DNA of 64,000 bases from a bacterium (GTDB lineage: Bacteria; UBA8248; JACPRG01; G963555815). Shown here piece by piece: positions 31,757 through 42,308 of this stretch. Below the pieces are notes generated by a model that saw nothing but the letters and a program-made list of their open reading frames with translations, did no database searches and was not told the origin of the DNA. Both the position numbers and the translations under genes were made by a program. Each line of letters opens with the position of its first letter. Position 1 is the stretch's first letter. The stretch is from NCBI GenBank assembly GCA_965261595.1, contig CBDHDG010000007.1, positions 1-64,000 on the forward strand, given 5' to 3'.

Positions 31757-31930
31757 AAACCCAAGTGCTTAACTCTCCATGAAACCGGGGTAAGTCCACT
31801 TTGATTCACCCACGGTTTTGTTGGGCAGTTGATCGGCGACCGAAAATCGGCATAATGGGCGGCTGAATTTTTGAGGAGTGCAAAGTCAAATCCACGAACA
31901 GGCCTGAGTGGAAACAGGAGGAGAGAACGC

Positions 31931-32956
31931 ATGATGAAAAAAGTGGCGGTTCTGGCAGCGTTTTTATTCTTGGCGGCCGGTCTTGCGGGACAAGCGAAAG
32001 CGGCAAAGACGACCTTCCTGCTGGACTGGATCGTCTACGGAAAGCACGCCCCGTTTTTTGCGGCTCAGGATTTCGGTTTTTACAAAAAGGTCGGGCTGGA
32101 CGTGAAATACATGCGTGGCTTCGGATCGGGGGACACCATCAAGAAGGTCGCCGCCCGGGTGGCCCCGATTGGGTTCGCCGACGCCGCCTCGCTGGTTAAC
32201 GCGCGTGCCAACAACCCCGATATCAAGATCAAAGTGGTCGCCATGGGTCACGCCAAAACGATCATGAACGCCTTCTTCTTCAAGGGGAAATATCAGTCGC
32301 CCAAGGACTTGGCCGGCGCGCGGATCGGATCGCCCCAGGCCAACGCCGTCCGGGTGATCTTCCCGGCGTTCGCCGCGGCCAACGGGCTGGACGTCAAGTC
32401 GGTCAAGTTCATCAATATGACGTACGCACAGGTCACGCCCGCGATGTTGACCGGTCAGATCGATGTGGCCCTTTGGTTTGCCACCGAGGTGCCCAAACAG
32501 ATCGAGGCGGCCAAGAAGATCGGAAAAGAGATGGCCTGGTTCTCCTACGGCGACTACGGCGTCAAGGTTTACAACAACGGGATCATCGTCCGGGAAGAAA
32601 CCATTCAGTCTAAACCCGATTTTGTCCGCAACGCCGTGAAGGCCAATATCGAAGCCTGGGCGTGGTCCATGGTGAACGTGGACAAGGCCATCGGTAACTT
32701 CCTCAAGTACGCCCCGGGGATGAGCGAGCACATCGTTCGCGGGCAGTTCGCCATCGCCCTCGAGTATTTCTTCGACGAGGGCGTCCGGCGACACGGTTTG
32801 GGTTATATGGACTTCGACAAGATGGACAAAACCGTCGAGCTCCTCACAAAGCTTCAGAAGCTCAAAAAGCGCGTGCCGACCAAAGACATGTTCACGAACC
32901 GCTTCCTTCCCCAATGGCCGGACCTCAAGGCCGCGCTGGGGGACAAGGCTTGGTAA
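31931..32956 (+). CDS. NMT1/THI5-like ABC substrate-binding protein
   Basis: Signal peptide, LDWIVYGKHAPFF, RGFGSGD. Confidence 0.85.
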   Translation: MMKKVAVLAAFLFLAAGLAGQAKAAKTTFLLDWIVYGKHAPFFAAQDFGFYKKVGLDVKYMRGFGSGDTIKKVAARVAPIGFADAASLVNARANNPDIKIKVVAMGHAKTIMNAFFFKGKYQSPKDLAGARIGSPQANAVRVIFPAFAAANGLDVKSVKFINMTYAQVTPAMLTGQIDVALWFATEVPKQIEAAKKIGKEMAWFSYGDYGVKVYNNGIIVREETIQSKPDFVRNAVKANIEAWAWSMVNVDKAIGNFLKYAPGMSEHIVRGQFAIALEYFFDEGVRRHGLGYMDFDKMDKTVELLTKLQKLKKRVPTKDMFTNRFLPQWPDLKAALGDKAW

Positions 32957-33080
32957 GCTCCAGCGCTCTTCCTATTTTCGCGGAGCTGCCCTGATGAATG
33001 GGTTCGGAGGTTGCGGCCGAATTTCCGGACGCAAGGGGCGGAGCCGGCCGATGGATGAGGAAGACCGGGACGCAAGCCGT

Positions 33081-33120
33081 AATAGGGCGGCGACGCCAAG
33101 CGGGTCGCCGCCCTATTTTT
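33081..33120 (+). terminator. Rho-independent terminator
   Basis: aatagggcggcgac...gtcgccgccctatt followed by Ts. Confidence 0.7.
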
Positions 33121-33492
33121 GATCCTTCCTTCCAGTCTAGTGTCTCGTAAATGGTTTTACATATCGAGACCCGAATGGCCCTTTCCTGCCGGGCAAGGGG
33201 TCATCCGACCCAAACGCCCGGCCAACCGAACGGTGGAACCCGGTGTTTTCAACAGCAGGTAGGGCGGGCATCTTGCCCGCCTTCTCTGCTCTACACCAGC
33301 CGATGGGTGGCTTCGGACGGAATAGGCTACGTGTCCGCGCAGCCATGATAACGGAGGAGTGGGAGGCGCTGGTTGCGGTTAATCTGGAAGAGGGGCGGGT
33401 CGACGGACTCCACCGGGTCAATAGACCCACCGCGGACTCGGGCCCTTTCACCAAGTCGGACATGAATCACGGAGGGGCGGTGGAGATTTCGG

Positions 33493-34839
33493 CTAATACC
33501 TGAGTTTGGCCTTTTCGTTGTCTGCAAGGATGAGCAGGACGCCCTTGCGCGGATGGAGGTGTTTCTTCGCGACGCGGAGAACGTCCGCCCGGGTCACGCC
33601 GCGAATCAGCCCCGGGTATCTTTCGGCGAAGTCCAGGCCGAGACCGTAGAGCTCGACGGAGGTGTAAAAGGTTACGAGGTTCCGGTTGCCCGACAGGCTG
33701 AGGGGGAAGCTTCCCGTGATGAAGGCCTTGGCGTCGTCCAGCTCTTTCTCCGTCACGGGCTCCTCACGCATCCGCTCGATTTGTTGGAACAGGGCGTCCA
33801 AGGCCCGGTTGGCGGTCTCGTTCCGGGTTCCCAGACCCGCCTGGAAGGCCCCCGCCTGGAGCCCATAGGAGAAGGAGCTCCAGGCGCTGTAGGCTAGCCC
33901 CTGCTCCTCCCGGATGGTTCTGAGGATCCTCGACTCGAACCCCCCCCCGCCGAGGATGTAATTCATCACCCGGACGGCGTAGTAATCGGGATCTCCCCGA
34001 AGGGGGCCCGGATGTCCGAAGAGCACGCGCGCCTGGGCCACCCCCCTTTGGATTTTCTCAACCTTCCGCTTTTCCGGAAGCTTGGGAGCCGGAAACGTCT
34101 TGACCTCGGGCGGCGAGCCCGTCCATCCGGCAAAGGCCTGATTCAGCCGCGCTTCCGCCGCCGGCCGGCTGATGTCTCCGACGACCACGGCGATGGCCCC
34201 GCCCGGCCGGTAGAAGTCCCGGTGGAAGCGGACGACGTCCTCCCGCGTGATCGACCTCAGCGTCGGCGCGTCGCCGACAACCCTCCTCCCGTAGGGGTGG
34301 GAGCCGTAAAGCGCTTTGCGGAAGGCCACACGGGCCAGGGAGGCGGGATCTTGCTTGCTCCGCTCGATTCGGCCGATGTTCTCTTTCACCGTCCGGCGGA
34401 GCTCTTTTTCGGGAAAAGAAGGATGGAGTGCCATTTCCGCGAAAAGACGCAGACCCTCTTCCAGGTCGGAGCGGAGGACTGTTATCCCTCCGCTGGACGT
34501 GTCCCGGCCCGCGCTGAACCCGATCCGTCCGCCCAATTCATCTATGGCCTCGAGCAGTTCGGTCCCGGTTCGGTTTTTCGTCCCTTCGGACAAGAGTTGG
34601 GCGGTGAGATTGGCCAGCCCCGCCTTCTCCGCCGGCTCGGCGGCGGCGCCCGCGCGGAAGGTGATTCGAACCGTAACCAGCGGCAGCGACCGCTGTTCGA
34701 TGTGGATGAGAATCATCCCGTTGGGAAGGACCGTCCGCGTGGCGCGCGTCCGGGCTTCCACGGACCCGGCGCAGAGCAGGATCGCCGTGAGAATCGCCGC
34801 GAGGGACGGGAGGAGCGGGGAGTTCCGTTTCGGCTTCAT
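33493..34839 (-). CDS. M16 family peptidase, non-catalytic partner subunit
   Basis: LPNGM, GLANLTAQLL (no HxxEH), ILGGGGFESR, IREEQGLAY. Confidence 0.85.
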   Translation of the reverse strand: MKPKRNSPLLPSLAAILTAILLCAGSVEARTRATRTVLPNGMILIHIEQRSLPLVTVRITFRAGAAAEPAEKAGLANLTAQLLSEGTKNRTGTELLEAIDELGGRIGFSAGRDTSSGGITVLRSDLEEGLRLFAEMALHPSFPEKELRRTVKENIGRIERSKQDPASLARVAFRKALYGSHPYGRRVVGDAPTLRSITREDVVRFHRDFYRPGGAIAVVVGDISRPAAEARLNQAFAGWTGSPPEVKTFPAPKLPEKRKVEKIQRGVAQARVLFGHPGPLRGDPDYYAVRVMNYILGGGGFESRILRTIREEQGLAYSAWSSFSYGLQAGAFQAGLGTRNETANRALDALFQQIERMREEPVTEKELDDAKAFITGSFPLSLSGNRNLVTFYTSVELYGLGLDFAERYPGLIRGVTRADVLRVAKKHLHPRKGVLLILADNEKAKLRY

Positions 34840-36233
34840 TGAATGTGTCCCCCCCCTCCGCGCGGACCCGCCGCGGGCCGGCGGCCCTCCAGCGGAAGCG
34901 GGTCCAGAATTCCGACGGTGCGGTTCTCCTTAACCAAGTGGTTTTGGGCGGCGCGCATCACGTCCTTGGCGGTGACGGCGGCAATCTTCGGCAGGTACTC
35001 GGTTAGCCACTTCCACGACCCGGCGATCTCCGCCCGTCCCAGGGCCATGGCGCGGTAGAACTGCGAATCCAGCCGGATGACGTATTCAGCCGCGAGCCGG
35101 CGTTTCACCCGCCGGAGCTCGGCTTGGGTTGGAGGCGTCTTCTTCATCCTCTCGACCTGCTCCCACAGGGCGGCTTCCACCCGTTTCACCGGGACGCCGG
35201 GAGCCGGCTGGGCATAAACGGTGAACATCCCCGGGTCGATGGAAATGCCCGGGTAGCCCGCTCCCACGGAAAGGACGAGCTGGTTTTCCCGCTGGAGGAT
35301 CCGATCGAGACGCGCGCTTCCGCTCCCCCCCAGGATCTCGCCCAGAACATCCAGGGCGTAGGCATCGCTGTTCCGGTAAGTGGGAACGTGAAAGGCGGCG
35401 CCGATATAAGGAAGCCGGGCCGGTTTCCTCACCCGGATCCGGCGCTCGCCCCGCTGTCGGGGCTCTTTGGCGGTGACGGGGGGCGCGGCGCGGCCGCCCG
35501 GAATGGGGCCGAAGTGCTTGCGGATCAGCGCCATCATCGGCTCGGGCTCGAAGTCGCCGACCGCTACGATGAAAGCGTTGCGGGGAGTGTAGTGCGCCTT
35601 GTAAAAATGCCACGCCTCATGGGGGGTGAGCCTTTGGATGTCGGTTTCCCAGCCGATGACCGGCGAGCCGTAGGGGTGCGCCTGGTAAGCGGCCCCCCGG
35701 AGGTTTTCCCATAGAAAGGAAGTGGGATTGTCATCCACGCTGCGCGTGCGCTCCTCCTGAACGACGTTGCGCTCGAGCAGGAACTCTTTGGGGTCCAGCA
35801 GGAGGTTCTTCATGCGGTCGGCTTCGAGCTCGATGGCGACTTCCACCCGGTCGGCGGCGATGCGCTCGAAGTAGGCCGTGTAATCCTGGCTGGTGAACGC
35901 GTTGTGCCGGCCGCCGTTGCGCTGAACGATGTTGGAAAAGGCTTTTGCGCCGAAGCGCTTTGTGCCCTTGAACATCATGTGCTCGAGGAGGTGGGCCAGC
36001 CCGGTCTTGCCCGGCAGCTCGTTTCGGGCGCCTACGCGGTACCAAATCATGAAGGTGACGACCGGGACCCGCGAATCCCGCAGCAGGAGGACTTTCAACC
36101 CGTTGGGGAGCGTCTCCTCGTGGATGTCCCACGGGACTTCCGGAACGGCGCCGACTCCCCGGGCGGGAGCGGGCTGCATGGCCCACCCGAACACCGCAAG
36201 GATCACCGCCGCGAGAAGCGCCTTTTTTCGCAT
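34836..36233 (-). CDS. M16 family zinc peptidase, catalytic subunit
   Basis: GLAHLLEHMMFKGT, NAFTS, ERNVVQEE. Confidence 0.9.
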   Translation of the reverse strand: MRKKALLAAVILAVFGWAMQPAPARGVGAVPEVPWDIHEETLPNGLKVLLLRDSRVPVVTFMIWYRVGARNELPGKTGLAHLLEHMMFKGTKRFGAKAFSNIVQRNGGRHNAFTSQDYTAYFERIAADRVEVAIELEADRMKNLLLDPKEFLLERNVVQEERTRSVDDNPTSFLWENLRGAAYQAHPYGSPVIGWETDIQRLTPHEAWHFYKAHYTPRNAFIVAVGDFEPEPMMALIRKHFGPIPGGRAAPPVTAKEPRQRGERRIRVRKPARLPYIGAAFHVPTYRNSDAYALDVLGEILGGSGSARLDRILQRENQLVLSVGAGYPGISIDPGMFTVYAQPAPGVPVKRVEAALWEQVERMKKTPPTQAELRRVKRRLAAEYVIRLDSQFYRAMALGRAEIAGSWKWLTEYLPKIAAVTAKDVMRAAQNHLVKENRTVGILDPLPLEGRRPAAGPRGGGGHIQ

Positions 36234-36510
36234 GAAAGAACCTTTCCGTTGTCGGAAGGGAAGGGGCGCGGGTCCGACCGCGCGTCTGCTCACAAGAGAT
36301 AAGCCCTTGGGTCGGGCGTGGCAAGGGTTATCGAGGATTCGGAAGGCGGCGGGGGATCGGGTCGCAAAATGGGCTGGGCCTAACCTGGATTTCTCACAAG
36401 ACGAAATGTCCGAACGGGACAGGTCGAATGAACCGGTTATATCTCAACGATTTTCCCAACGAGCGTATATTGAGCGAACCCCAACATTCTGTTCCCCGCG
36501 GGCGTGTGAC

Positions 36511-36612
36511 GGGCCGGGGCGGGGAACCGGCCCCTACATCGAAAAAACCCAGCTTGTGCGTAGGGGCGGGGCTCCGTACCCGCCCCAGAAATGTCGGGTG
36601 ATCCACCGGACC
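36511..36612. repeat. GTAG-type REP doublet (REPIN-like)
   Basis: ...cccctac / gtaggggcggggctccgtacccgcccc; related inverted copy at 42199-42308. Confidence 0.6.
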
Positions 36613-36672
36613 TTTCGCTGATCCGCCACGTGTAGGACATTATTTATGCCATCCTCAATAAAGGACCGATTC

Positions 36673-37821
36673 TTATGTTGAGACTTCCGTCATGGCCTCC
36701 TCAACGTGGACTCGGGCATCCGGTTCTGAAACCGAGCGGGCTTCTAAACACACGGTGCATCGGACGCCGCGTTCCGCCCGGTCGGCGATCTCCAGTCTTC
36801 CGCAATGCCGCTGAACGATCCCTTTGGCGATGGTCAAACCCAGACCGCGGGTGCGGCCCTTGCGGGTTGTCACGAAGGGTTCGAGGACGTGATCCCGAAC
36901 GCTCGGGTCCAGGCCCGGCCCCTGGTCGGTGATCTCGACGAATGCCTGGGCTCCTTCGGCGCGGGTCGTGACGCGAACCTCGCCGCCGTCGGGCATGGCC
37001 TCCATCGCGTTTTTGAGCAGACAGATGAAGGCGGTCTGCAAGTCCACCGCGATCCCCGTGCAGAGGAGAGGCCGCTGAAAATCGATGACAAAGTCATACG
37101 GGACCTCCGAGAGTTTCGAATGACGCTCCGCCCAGGTTTTCACGGTGGACAGGGAGGTTTCCACCACCGCGTTCAGTTGGACGGGTCCCATGGGAATAGG
37201 GCTCGTTTGATGAGAGAAATCCTGGAGCCGCTTGACAAGCTCGGCGGCGTCCTCGGCGGCCTTTTCGGCCTTGAGGGCGTGACGGTCCAGTTCCGCGGGG
37301 GGATCCTTCATCCGCAGCATCTGGAGGCGGCCGAGGATGATCATCAAGTGGTTGTTGAAATCATGCGCGATCCCGCCGGAAAGCTGGCCCAGGATCTTGA
37401 TTCGCTCGTCATGGAGCGAGACCGGGGATTTCTGAGACGGGCCGTTTCCAGCGGCGGAGGGGTCGGCCGCGTCCAACGGGCCGCAGAAGAACGACAGATA
37501 GGAGAACAGGTCCCGCTTCGACTGATCCTCGATGGACGTGATCGCTCCGCCGGCCTGGTAAAGGTCCGGGATCTCCGGATGCGGAGTGCACCACTTGACG
37601 TCCATTTGCAGGGCGATTTGTTTTCTCTCACCGAAAAATCGGTGATAATCGGCCGGTATGTTGAGTGAAAGGTCGGTCCTGGAGCCGATTTCCAGGACCC
37701 GGTCACACTCGATTTGGGCGCCGCTGATGGAGACATCCCGGAGGTAAACGCTGTTTCCCTCCAACTTGATCGGAACGTCCAGCAACATGCGGGGGGATGT
37801 TCTTCGCTCTTGGTCTTCCAT
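36673..37821 (-). CDS. PilZ-domain histidine kinase
   Basis: ERRTSPR and DVSISG PilZ motifs; GIAHDFNN H-box; NAMEAM, DQGPG, GLGL. Confidence 0.8.
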   Translation of the reverse strand: MEDQERRTSPRMLLDVPIKLEGNSVYLRDVSISGAQIECDRVLEIGSRTDLSLNIPADYHRFFGERKQIALQMDVKWCTPHPEIPDLYQAGGAITSIEDQSKRDLFSYLSFFCGPLDAADPSAAGNGPSQKSPVSLHDERIKILGQLSGGIAHDFNNHLMIILGRLQMLRMKDPPAELDRHALKAEKAAEDAAELVKRLQDFSHQTSPIPMGPVQLNAVVETSLSTVKTWAERHSKLSEVPYDFVIDFQRPLLCTGIAVDLQTAFICLLKNAMEAMPDGGEVRVTTRAEGAQAFVEITDQGPGLDPSVRDHVLEPFVTTRKGRTRGLGLTIAKGIVQRHCGRLEIADRAERGVRCTVCLEARSVSEPDARVHVEEAMTEVST

Positions 37822-38015
37822 TGAAGTCGCCTTCCGTGGTTGCCAGCCTGAGTGCGAACGAAAAAAACGGAATTCACCCTCGAATTTATATATCGGTTGG
37901 TCTTGGTATCATCTGAGCCATAACTTGTGATTTTCGGCTTTTCAGCCGGAAGGGGAACGGTGGAGTATTCCGCATTTCGGGGCGGCGCGCTTTTTTGGAT
38001 GTGCTTTATGTCGCC

Positions 38016-38822
38016 CTACCACGCCAGCCAGCCTCCGTCCACGGGCAGGATGTGCCCCGTGACGAGGCCGGAAGCCTCCGAGGCCAGGAAGATGGCCGCG
38101 CCCTTGAGCTCCTCGGGCAGGCCGATTCGCCGGAGCGGCATGCGGTCGTAAACGTGGTCCCGGAACGCTTCCCCCCACAGGGGGGCGTCCGCCCCGCCGA
38201 GGTCCGTTTTGAACACGCCGGGGGCGATGGCGTTCACGCGGATTCCGTCCCGCGCCCACTCGACGGCCAGTTGTCGGGTCAGGTTGGCCACGCCGGCCTT
38301 CGAGGCGGCGTAGGCCGCCACCGGGAAGCTCGGCCCGGCCGCGAGGCCCCAGATCGAGCTGATGTTGATGATGCCGCCCCCCCCGCGGGCCTTCAGGTGG
38401 GGATAAACCGCCTGGCTGCACCAGAAGACGCCGTCCAGATTGATCGACATCAGCGTCCGCCAGTGCTCGGGCGGCATGTCCTCGGCGGAGTGGGGGCCGT
38501 CGTGGGTCCGGCTGCCGACGCCGGCGTTGTTGATCAGGATGTCGATGCCCCCGAGGGTGTCGGCGACCTCCTTCATCAGGGAAAAGACCTGTTCCCGGTC
38601 CGAGACGTCGACCTCATGGAAATGGGCCTTGTGGCCTTGCCCCCTCAGAGATTGGACGCTTTTCGTTCCTTCTTCTTTCAGCCGGTCGGCCAGGACCACT
38701 TCCGCCCCCGCCTCGGCCAGGCCCGTCGCCATGCCCAGACCGAGTCCCCGGGCGCCTCCGGTCACGACGGCGATCTTGCCTTCCAGGCTGAACATCTCCG
38801 GAAAGGATTGCGGAGAAGTCAT
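38016..38822 (-). CDS. Short-chain dehydrogenase/reductase
   Basis: TGGARGLG, NNAG, YAASK. Confidence 0.9.
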   Translation of the reverse strand: MTSPQSFPEMFSLEGKIAVVTGGARGLGLGMATGLAEAGAEVVLADRLKEEGTKSVQSLRGQGHKAHFHEVDVSDREQVFSLMKEVADTLGGIDILINNAGVGSRTHDGPHSAEDMPPEHWRTLMSINLDGVFWCSQAVYPHLKARGGGGIINISSIWGLAAGPSFPVAAYAASKAGVANLTRQLAVEWARDGIRVNAIAPGVFKTDLGGADAPLWGEAFRDHVYDRMPLRRIGLPEELKGAAIFLASEASGLVTGHILPVDGGWLAW

Positions 38823-39073
38823 CGCTGTTGAATTCCTTCTGCGTGAGGTTCTTTCCCGGCCCGCCTCTATCGGCGGGCGCGCGTGGACGATGGTGTTCGA
38901 CCCGGATCCTGTCGAATCCGACCGGCCTGGTTTCCCTGCGCCGGGATCGCCAAAACTGTCTCGGACGCCCATAGTTTAGCCCAAAATGGGGCGAGCCGGG
39001 CAACGATTTGTTTTCGGCCCTGTTGGATCCACCTTTTCCCTTGCGGAGCGGGCGGAGCCGCAAGCGCCCCCAT

Positions 39074-39102
39074 TGGACAATCATATTCGCGGTCAGTACA
39101 CT
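39074..39102 (+). promoter_or_regulatory. Putative sigma70 promoter
   Basis: TGGACA-N17-TACACT about 90 bp upstream of 39191. Confidence 0.4.
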
Positions 39103-39190
39103 TTCGATTACACTGATTCCGGCTTGAAAAACAGCGCCGGGATCGGTCTTTCGGCTCCATCGGCCGTTCCGGGGGGAAACAGGGGAGGGC

Positions 39191-39865
39191 ATGGCGATGG
39201 CCATGGACAGCACGGAATTCGCGAAGAAGATGATTGCAAGGGCGGATGAGTTCGCCGGGATGATGGAGGAGAAGGTGTACCATGACCGCACGCCCCTGTC
39301 GGAGGCGCGGACGATCGCGATGCTGAAGTCCCAGATGTACCGGGAGTACTTCCTGGGCGTTCTGCCTCCCGCGAAGCAGCTCCTCATGATCCCGGATTCC
39401 GAGGTGAGCCTGAAAGTCCTGATCACCCGGCAGCTTTGCGAAGAGTTCCTGCACTGCCGGGTGCTCTCGGACCGATTGGAGGAGCTGGGGGCCAACGGTG
39501 ACCTGAGCGCGTACGAGCCGGTGGAGCAGGACGTAGGGATGTATGCCTTGACGTTCGAATTCCAGACGCCATGGGAGATCGCCGCCTCGCTTCAGGTATT
39601 CGGTGAGACGATCCTCATCGCGACCCAGAAATGGATGATCGAGATTCTCGATCCTCGGAGCGCTCAGCTCATGCGGGATGAGATCCTCGTTCACGAGGGC
39701 TCTCACATCCGCAACGGGCGGCTGGTGCTCGAAAAGTATGCGACCACCGAGGAGATCCAGCGCCGCGTCGAAGAGGTCGGCGACCGGAAGTACGAGCAGA
39801 TCTGCAAATCTTACGGCCTGCCCATGTTCAAAACGTTTGACATGGCTGCCGGCCGGGCGGGTTGA
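39191..39865 (+). CDS. Ferritin-like domain protein
   Basis: QLCEEFLH, GE, HEGSH paired ExxH motifs. Confidence 0.7.
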   Translation: MAMAMDSTEFAKKMIARADEFAGMMEEKVYHDRTPLSEARTIAMLKSQMYREYFLGVLPPAKQLLMIPDSEVSLKVLITRQLCEEFLHCRVLSDRLEELGANGDLSAYEPVEQDVGMYALTFEFQTPWEIAASLQVFGETILIATQKWMIEILDPRSAQLMRDEILVHEGSHIRNGRLVLEKYATTEEIQRRVEEVGDRKYEQICKSYGLPMFKTFDMAAGRAG

Positions 39866-39902
39866 CGAAGGTCGGAGAAGACATTCAGGAAGGAGATCGG
39901 CC

Positions 39903-40538
39903 ATGTACAAGGTTCCGGCGGAGACGGAAGATTTTTTAAGGGATTTTCTCCGCGGCGCCCTGAGCAGCGCCCAGCGCCTGGCCGGGGACGCCATCGCCCT
40001 TTTCGAGCGGGGATCTTATCCCTCCGCCCAGTTTCTCGCCCTGTCCGCGATGGAGGAGATGGCCAAGCTCCAGGAGCTTCGCCGGCCGTTTATCGCGATC
40101 CGGGAGAAGGCGGACCTCGACGCCGCCTTGGCCGGTCTGGAGGAAAAACTGGCGGAGGGCCGGCAGCGTCAGAAGACCTGGTTCGAGGCCGCTTCCTACA
40201 TGGTGGTGGAAGACCCCAAGGAGTGGGCGCACATCGTGGATATGGTCTCGCGGATGGTCCGCACCTGGGGGCGGGATGCGCTGCTCGAAAAACGCCTGAA
40301 AAGCCTAACCGTGGACGCGAATGTGGCGGAAAGGAAGGTCTCGAAACCGGACCAGGCGGTCACGCGGGAGGACGCCTACTATTTCATCTGCGCGGCCCAG
40401 GAGATGATCGTCGACTATGGAGACAAGGCCGTCGATCCCTTCCCCCTGGAGGGAGGGAACCCGTTCGAGACCTTCGATCTCTGGCAGTCGGCGGATCAGG
40501 CTTTGCGGGATTTTATGCGGAAACACGCGACCCGGTGA
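39903..40538 (+). CDS. AbiV-family-like protein
   Basis: A..LAGDAIALFERGSYPSAQFLALSAMEEMAK N-terminus and SLTVD motif; RBS aggag. Confidence 0.6.
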   Translation: MYKVPAETEDFLRDFLRGALSSAQRLAGDAIALFERGSYPSAQFLALSAMEEMAKLQELRRPFIAIREKADLDAALAGLEEKLAEGRQRQKTWFEAASYMVVEDPKEWAHIVDMVSRMVRTWGRDALLEKRLKSLTVDANVAERKVSKPDQAVTREDAYYFICAAQEMIVDYGDKAVDPFPLEGGNPFETFDLWQSADQALRDFMRKHATR

Positions 40539-40584
40539 GGGTCGGCTTGCCGGTGGATTGAACCCATAGGGAGGGAGCCGCGTC

Positions 40585-42147
40585 ATGTCGACGATGCGTC
40601 CCATGATTGTCTGCCGTCGCGGGGCCGTGGCGGCCGGAGACCCGGCGGCGGCCGCCGCCGGTGTGCGAATGCTCTCCGAAGGCGGAAACGCCGTCGACGC
40701 GGCCGTGGCGGCGGCGGCGGTCCTGACCGTCGTTCATCCCCAGGCGTGCGGCATCGGCGGCGACGGGTTCATGCTCATCGGCCGGGCCGGGAGTGTCATC
40801 GGGATCAACGCCTGCGGGCCGGCCCCGGCGGCCGCGGACCGGGCGATGCACCCGGACGGCATCCTGGACCACGGCCCCCGATGCGCGACCGTTCCGGGGG
40901 TGGTGGACGGCTGGGCCCGGGCCCTCGCCGACCACGGAACACGGACGCTCGGCGAAGCCCTGGCCTCGGCGATTGAATTCGCCGAGGAGGGATTTCCGGT
41001 CCATCCCAGGTTCATCGAATGGCTCGGCAGAAACGGGGGCGTGTTGGCCGAAGGCGGAGTCGGCCCCTCCCCCTTTATGCCGGAGGGTGAGCTTCCGGCG
41101 ATCGGGACGCTGATTCGACAGCCTGAGCTGGCCGATTGTCTGCGCGCCGTCGCCGAAGGCGGCCGGGATGCGTATTACAAGGGGATTGTCGCGAAAAAGC
41201 TGGCGGCGGGCATCCGCGAAGCCGGGGGATATTTCTCAGAAGAGGATTTCGCCGCCTATTCCTGCCGGGTCGTCGAGCCCCTCAGCGTCCCCTATCGGGG
41301 TCTGACATTCCATCAAATCCCGCCCAACTCATGGGGGATGCTGATGCTCATGCAGCTCCGGGTGTTGGACGGCCTGGACGTGGCCGGGATGGGGCATAAC
41401 TCGGCGCGGCTTCTCCACCATTTGATGGAGACCCGGCGCGTCTGTTTCGCCTCCGGCCGCCCCCACATCTCCGACCCGGATTTCTCGGACCTTCCCGTGG
41501 ACCGGCTTTTGTCCGAGGGGTGCGCCGCGGAGCTGCGCGCCGGCATCGATCCGACCCGGGCGGGCGGCAAGACGGCGGGAGAGCCCAAGGGCGGGACGTC
41601 TTACGTCACGGTCATGGACGACCGGGGCAACGCCGTCTCCCACATTCTGAGCGTCTTTCATCCCTTCGGCTCCGGATTCGTCCCGAAGGGGACGGGCATC
41701 CTCATGAACAACCGGCTTTGCGGCTTCACGCTGGAGACGGGGCATCCCAACGCGCTCGCGCCCGGCAAGCGGCCGGCGCATACGCTCAGCCCGGCGATGG
41801 CCGTGAAGGACGGGAACCCTCTCATCTCTTTCGGCACGCCGGGAGCGGCCTCCCAGACGGTGACGCTGACGCAGATTGCGCTCAATCTGGTGGATTTCGG
41901 CATGGACGTCCAAGCCGCCATCGAGGCCCCCCGTTGGGCGATCGACCGGGAGGGCATTCCGATGCTTGAAGCCGAAATCGGCGATGATGTCCGCTGGGCG
42001 CTCGAGGCCATGGGGCATGTCTTCGGCTCGGCCGAGGCGAGCAGGCTGCTTTTCGGCTCGGCCAAGGTTGTCATGCGCGACCCGGACAGCGGGGCGATTT
42101 TCGCCGGCGCGGACTTCCGCCGGTACGGCTATGCCATCGGCGTGTAA
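40585..42147 (+). CDS. ggt: Gamma-glutamyltransferase family protein
   Basis: GGNAVDAAVA, GIGGDGF, GGTSY (Thr nucleophile), PGKRPAHTL, GTPG. Confidence 0.85.
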   Translation: MSTMRPMIVCRRGAVAAGDPAAAAAGVRMLSEGGNAVDAAVAAAAVLTVVHPQACGIGGDGFMLIGRAGSVIGINACGPAPAAADRAMHPDGILDHGPRCATVPGVVDGWARALADHGTRTLGEALASAIEFAEEGFPVHPRFIEWLGRNGGVLAEGGVGPSPFMPEGELPAIGTLIRQPELADCLRAVAEGGRDAYYKGIVAKKLAAGIREAGGYFSEEDFAAYSCRVVEPLSVPYRGLTFHQIPPNSWGMLMLMQLRVLDGLDVAGMGHNSARLLHHLMETRRVCFASGRPHISDPDFSDLPVDRLLSEGCAAELRAGIDPTRAGGKTAGEPKGGTSYVTVMDDRGNAVSHILSVFHPFGSGFVPKGTGILMNNRLCGFTLETGHPNALAPGKRPAHTLSPAMAVKDGNPLISFGTPGAASQTVTLTQIALNLVDFGMDVQAAIEAPRWAIDREGIPMLEAEIGDDVRWALEAMGHVFGSAEASRLLFGSAKVVMRDPDSGAIFAGADFRRYGYAIGV

Positions 42148-42198
42148 TCTATTGAGGATGGCATCAATAGTGTCCTGCACCGAGCGGCTCGACAAAAA

Positions 42199-42308
42199 TC
42201 CCGGAGGAATCCCCGACACTTCTGGGACGGGTACGGAGCCCCGCCTCTACATATGAGTCATCGTACGCGCTTTTCCATGTAGGGGCCCGGGCTCTGTACC
42301 GGCCCCCC
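42199..42308. repeat. GTAG-type REP doublet, second copy
   Basis: The reverse complement of 42199-42250 matches 36560-36612 closely. Confidence 0.6.

Larger units (their letters stand above)
30539..31798 (+). mobile_element. IS3-family insertion sequence, apparently intact
   Basis: TG...CA ends (tggagttgacccgg / ccggggtaagtcca), 3-bp duplication ctt. Confidence 0.9.

Noticed and set aside
33137..33165. Possible IS630-like end (ctagtgtctcg...)
   Set aside because: No partner end or transposase found nearby.
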